A DNA stretch of 63,248 bases, filler included, from Hausera hauseri (Eukaryota), in the NCBI GenBank assembly GCA_046269625.1. It is 12 parts of 12 records of this genome, joined end to end, with 100 filler letters (N's around TTAATTAATTAA, not from the genome) between each part and the next. Parts side by side here need not be neighbours in the genome. Positions count along the whole stretch, not along the records: positions 58,207 to 63,248 come from JBJURY010353376.1; 11 more parts are not named here. One strand, 5' to 3'. Below are positions 58,311 through 63,248 of this stretch, one piece after another. Position numbers and translations under genes: made by a program. A model generated the notes under the pieces. It made no database searches, was not told the origin of the DNA, and worked only from the letters and a program-made list of their open reading frames with translations. The stretch's first letter is position 1. Each line of letters starts with the position of its first letter.

Positions 58311-61300
58311 GTGATAAATAACTTAGTGAGTATTCAGCAAGTAACAGATGAAGTTAAAAACGATTTATATGATATGAAAGAAAATCAAATGGAGGGATTT
58401 TTGCTCAGTCAAGTTTCGGTGGATAATTCATTGAAGGGAAACAATATTACATCGTATACGGAGGATTTGAATGTACCACAAAGTAATCTGGTTGATGAAC
58501 TAGAAAGTAAATTCTCTACTGAATATATTAATTATATAGATTTTGTTTATATAGATTTTTTATATTTGTCTCCTGATAAGTCTCTTATACTGGCTCAAAC
58601 TGAATTCACAGGATTTAATGAAGACATCGGAAAATCATCTGCAACAGAACAGATAACTCATAACACTGTGACACACCAAGAACTTAATAAAATTCGAAAG
58701 CAGGGAAATGATTGTCCGAATTTCGGAAATGTTATTAAAAGAAAGTTACGTTGATTGAAACATTTTTCAACAAGTTCAGCAATGAAATGGGCCAATATTT
58801 CAATAGTTATCCACAGAAAAACAGTGAAAACGAACTAGTTTATATTTCTAATGAATTGAACATTTCGTCAATGTCAAATTATTTTTCGCTGAAAAAGAAT
58901 TCATCTAAGGATACAGCCTTAGTATGGGGCTGGTTGCACAAATTGATCAGTTGTCTTCATGTGCACTTGAAGGATGTTACAGTTTATTATCAGTTCATGT
59001 ATACATTCAATTTATGCAAAGAAGGAATCGAATTTGTTAAAGGATGCTTGAATATCATGCTTTTCGAAGACTCATCTTTGGACTTAAAACAAGTCAATTT
59101 TTCTTTGAAAAACTGTTTGGCTATAATGATAAGTCTCAGTGACATTGCTGAAGAAATTTTCAGTAATTATTTAAAAGTCAAACTAATTTCCCAAAGAATC
59201 AAACATACTGAGCCGCTTGAAGCTAGTATGCTCATTTCGTGTTGTATTGATGATGTTGAACTAATGGAAGGTGAAAGTCTTTTGGTTTTGAGAAAAGATT
59301 TTGAAACAAACTTGTGGACAGTTGAAAAACTAATATACGGTGACAACAATCAGAGGCCGATTGTAATTCAATTTATGCACGAAACGGCAATAACTCCAGC
59401 GATTCATTCAATTACAATTGTCAAGCCAAATCCATATATCGCCATTCCGAGTACTGAAAAACTCATTGAATTTGACGTGCTTATATTATAAAATGATAAT
59501 AGAATTTTGCATATGCCTCTTTTCAATGAAGAAAGCAAAAGTTGTCTTATTTTGGGTCTAAAATGCCTTGACGATGGAAAATTATTAAAAATTAATGATG
59601 CTATGGAAATGGGTTTAATTAATGTCCAAAGCCAAACGTGTAGAGTTAATGAATCGGGAACGGAAATAGACTTGGAAGAAGCTCTAAGAGAAAACTATCT
59701 CATTTCTGTTGAAATTGAAAATGAACTGATGTCCTGTAACGTAATTGATTGTTTAGTAAAAAACAAAGTCGAAGATCCATTTACTCGATGAATATGAAAT
59801 ACCTTTGGTTGTCAATACGAAAAGTAACGAAGTGATGGATTTTGATAAAGCAGTTTGGGAAATGCCTTTAAATTTAGTTTTGCATAATGTTTGATGTGAA
59901 AGAAAACCATTATATCACGGTTAAGGATGCAGAAATCGAGGGAAAGTTAGTTCTGAAAGGAAAAAACGAAGAATGCATAATCGAAAGAACCGAAGTAAAA
60001 TGGGTCAACATCATTGAGGAATTTGTTGAACTGATGTCTGCGATTCAAATGAACTCCATAGATCTTATAAATGGAACATATCAAATATCTGAACCGAAAT
60101 TAAAGATGAATCTCATTGACGCTATATTCTGTGGTTTAATTGGAATTAAAAGTTCGGATGGAAAAGGTCCTATTAACGAAAACACTTTGTACGACGAAAG
60201 TCGGATGATCCGGAAGTACATACAATAAACACAGATGAAATAAATTTATCAACAAGATCTATAAATATGTTGTGTAAACTGTATGAATCAGATTGTTTGA
60301 ATGAATTTCTAATCCATGACGAAAAATCAGAATCAGCACAAAAGAGCCATTCTTATAAACGACTTTCATTCGATCCCTTACTTTGCTTGATTAATGATGA
60401 ACATAGTATATTTGAAAGTTACTTTTGCGAAGAAGTAAAATTTGATGACGTCATTTCTTTAGTAGAAACATTAAATACATATTTTCTTTGTCCTCAAGTA
60501 AAAGCAAATAATCATTTAATGGACTATGTAACTCTCCAATCGATACTAATCCAAAATTCTGATGACATAAACGATGATATTTTGGTAGTAGACTGTAAAA
60601 GTTTAGTTATTTTTCAAATTTCCGACATTGAAAAGCTCACATCCTCAAGATTATTTTTAACAGCGTTAAATCACGACGAAGTTGCTAAATATTTACTCCA
60701 ACTTGAACATTTTCTAAAGAAGGGTCTGAATATACTGGAAAATTCCATGGAAGTCAGAAGAAATTTCTTGTAAAGTATCCATTATTAGTGACGTTATTTG
60801 TGTCATTTTCAATCTCGACACCATGACGCATTGCTTTGTAAACTCAGCTGAAAGGATTTCGCTTCAGGAAACAATTAACCTGCAGTTAATTCAACGGGAA
60901 GCAGTTGTCGAGCTGTTGCAATGTTTGGAAGAATCCTCGTTTCAGTGTTTAATTTCTTCCAAATTGTTCAATGCGTCCACAAATTTATTTTCGAAATTCG
61001 GAACTTTGGACAAAGCGGTTGGAGCAAAAATGATAAAACCAGATGAAGTTTATTTGTTACATAGTGCTGATAGTAGAATAGTATCACTCGAATGCTTAAT
61101 TAGTGATCACATCTTGAATCCATCAACCAATGAACTGGAATTGGAAACGTTTGAGGGGAAATATGTACTTCCACTGAGTGAAGCTATTGAATATTCCAGA
61201 AACTTATTCAGAGCCGACCTTCAACCATCTATGTTTTTGACGACAGTTGAAGAAACATTTAGAGACTATTTAGAAAAATACCAAATACCCATCAGTGAAG

Positions 61301-61590
61301 TATTGATAAAATTTGAAGAACCCGACATTGGGACAATACACGCGGAAAATGCTATGAAACAAGGTCTTTTATTTGATGATACAAAAGTTCGAGAAGCAGA
61401 ACACGAAAACGAAATTTATTACCGAAATTTATTACCTACTAAAGAATCCACCGCGAAAAAGGTACGAGTTACGGAATTGATAGATAATAGAACAACGATG
61501 GAAATTGAGGCTGTAGAGATATTACATTCTGTTTTTGATGAATACTATAATTACCAAGTAGATAATGTTCATATGTTTATAGCAAATGAT
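58311..61590 (+). pseudogene. Plakin/spectraplakin-like pseudogene (plakin SR-SH3 region and plectin repeats)
   Basis: WGWLHKLISCLHVHLKD..YYQF, an SH3-like segment, and repeated I.DAMEMGLI / LEEALRENYL / LIDAIFCGLI motifs, broken by stops. Confidence 0.7.
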
Positions 61591-61594
61591 AATA

Positions 61595-63248
61595 TACAGT
61601 TGGACGAAAGTTGGGAAGAAATGGAAAAGGTATCTGGCGGGTGTAAATGGATTAGAAAAATAAGGAGCCGAGATATAAAATGTGTGGAATTCAATGTTGA
61701 ATCACGAGACGGTACTTATGGAATATATTCTTGTTTAAGTTTGCTTATGTACGCTACAAAACGAAAGCAGAAGTTAGATGCGATAGATATTAAACGTGAC
61801 AAAAACGATGGCCACATTTACGAAACATTAAATTTATAGAAACGGAGAAAGGAGAACACGTGGATGGAATCATAGGTGCCAACTATATACACCTCCATAG
61901 ATCTATAAAAGAAATTCCGGGAAAACCAGGGGAACCACTATCCCGATTGACTCCCCTTGGTTGGACATGTGTAGGAATTCTGGATAATCGGAAAAATAAT
62001 ATAATACGTAATAACTTAGTGCGGACGTACTGGACCAGAGTAGACGAAGTGAACGATAATATAAAAAGATTGTGGGAAATTGAAAATTCGATTGAAAAGA
62101 AAGAAGTCTGGTCGAAATTAGATAAAGAAATTCTCCAAATCACAAAGGATAAGATGAAGAAAACCGAAGATGGAAGGTATGAAATCTCTACCATAGAAAA
62201 GTAAAATGGAAGAAATACCAAAATCCAGACAAATGGCATAAAAGAGACTTGAATTTCTGGAAAAGAAATTAAACTCAAATAATTCTGTAAGGACAGCTTA
62301 TGAGCAAGTGATCGACGGTCATATCAAGAAAGGGTCTGTAAAATTAGTAGAAGAGAAGGAAAACGAGACGAACTATTGGATACTGCCACATTTTTCTGTT
62401 TTGAAACCAGACAGATCTACGACTAAAGTTAGAGTAGTTTTCTATGCAGCTGCAAAAGTGAAAGAAAAAAGCTCAAATGATTTGTTACATCCAGGGCCGA
62501 AACTACAACAAGATTTAGTAGATATTTTAATTCACATGAGAAGATACAAAATTGTATTGATTTGTGACATAGCTTAAATGTTTTCATTGATTAAAATATC
62601 TCCAGACGACAGAAAATTTGTACGATTCCTATGGAGAACAGACGGGAAAATCAATACATATCAATTCACGAGGTTAGTATTCGGACTAAATGCCTCACCT
62701 TTTCTAGCGCAACTCGTTAGCCAGGTTAACGCGGACATATTTGAAGAACGATATCCACGAGCGGTTGAAACGATTAGACAATCCACGTATATGGATGATT
62801 GACTCCGTTGAAACAGAAAATGAAGCTACTGAGTTATATCAACAGTTAAAAGAAATTTGGGATAAAGCGAAAATGAAAACACATAAATGGCTATCAAACT
62901 CAGAACAATTACATCATAAGATTCCAGAAGACGAGAAGGCGAAAGAATACACCTTCAGAAGTGAAGTCAACAGTATCTCTAAAACTTTGGGATTAAAATG
63001 GAATGTGAAAGAAGACCGATTAACTTTCGACGATTGGGGGAAGTTACGAAAATAGGTTAACAAAAAGAAGTGTTTTAAGCGCCTTGGCAAAAATTTTCGA
63101 CCCTTTAGGATTATTGAGCACCATTACTATAAGAGGTAAATGTTTGTTACAAGAAATGTGGTTGTAAAGAATTGATTGGGATCAAGAGATTCCCGAAGAG
63201 TTACAAAAACATACAAAGATATGGTTAGATCAATTAACCGAGATCAAC
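61595..63248 (+). mobile_element. BEL/Pao pol remnant (protease region and RT)
   Basis: GEPLSRLTPLGW, LPHFSVLKPDRSTTKVRVVF, GPKLQQDL, RLVFGLNASPFLA, YMDD, TLGLKW and FDPLGL. Confidence 0.95.

Overview
The window is not one locus. It is 12 unrelated contigs joined by artificial 100-nt linkers (N-run, ttaattaattaa, N-run): C1 1-6294, C2 6395-10397, C3 10498-14672, C4 14773-20083, C5 20184-24389, C6 24490-29451, C7 29552-35967, C8 36068-41020, C9 41121-47891, C10 47992-52179, C11 52280-58106, C12 58207-63248. The content is AT-rich animal repeat DNA: decayed Ty3/gypsy and BEL/Pao retroelements, mariner, piggyBac, a palindrome-rich DNA element in two copies, and an intact-looking Polinton/Maverick segment. 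Four things stand out. (1) Strings of internally deleted host-gene fragments (AGK, tetraspanin, LRR, MTMR14, DYNC2H1 fused to MIF4G, plakin) sit next to retroelement remnants; in C1 and C8 the string begins right after the same ~93-nt GC-rich structured motif. (2) A retroelement-like polyprotein in two copies reads Gag knuckle, helical region, ubiquitin-like domain, AT-hook, then a chuvirus-type class III fusion glycoprotein, with no pol in between. (3) The Maverick carries a reduced TATA-binding-protein homologue and a dUTPase near a 56-bp tandem array. (4) C6 is a 4,885-bp circular or tandem unit, and C8 has a bacterial FliK-like fragment fused to a retroviral protease. All family calls come from motifs recognised by eye; no searches were run and most pseudogene boundaries are approximate.
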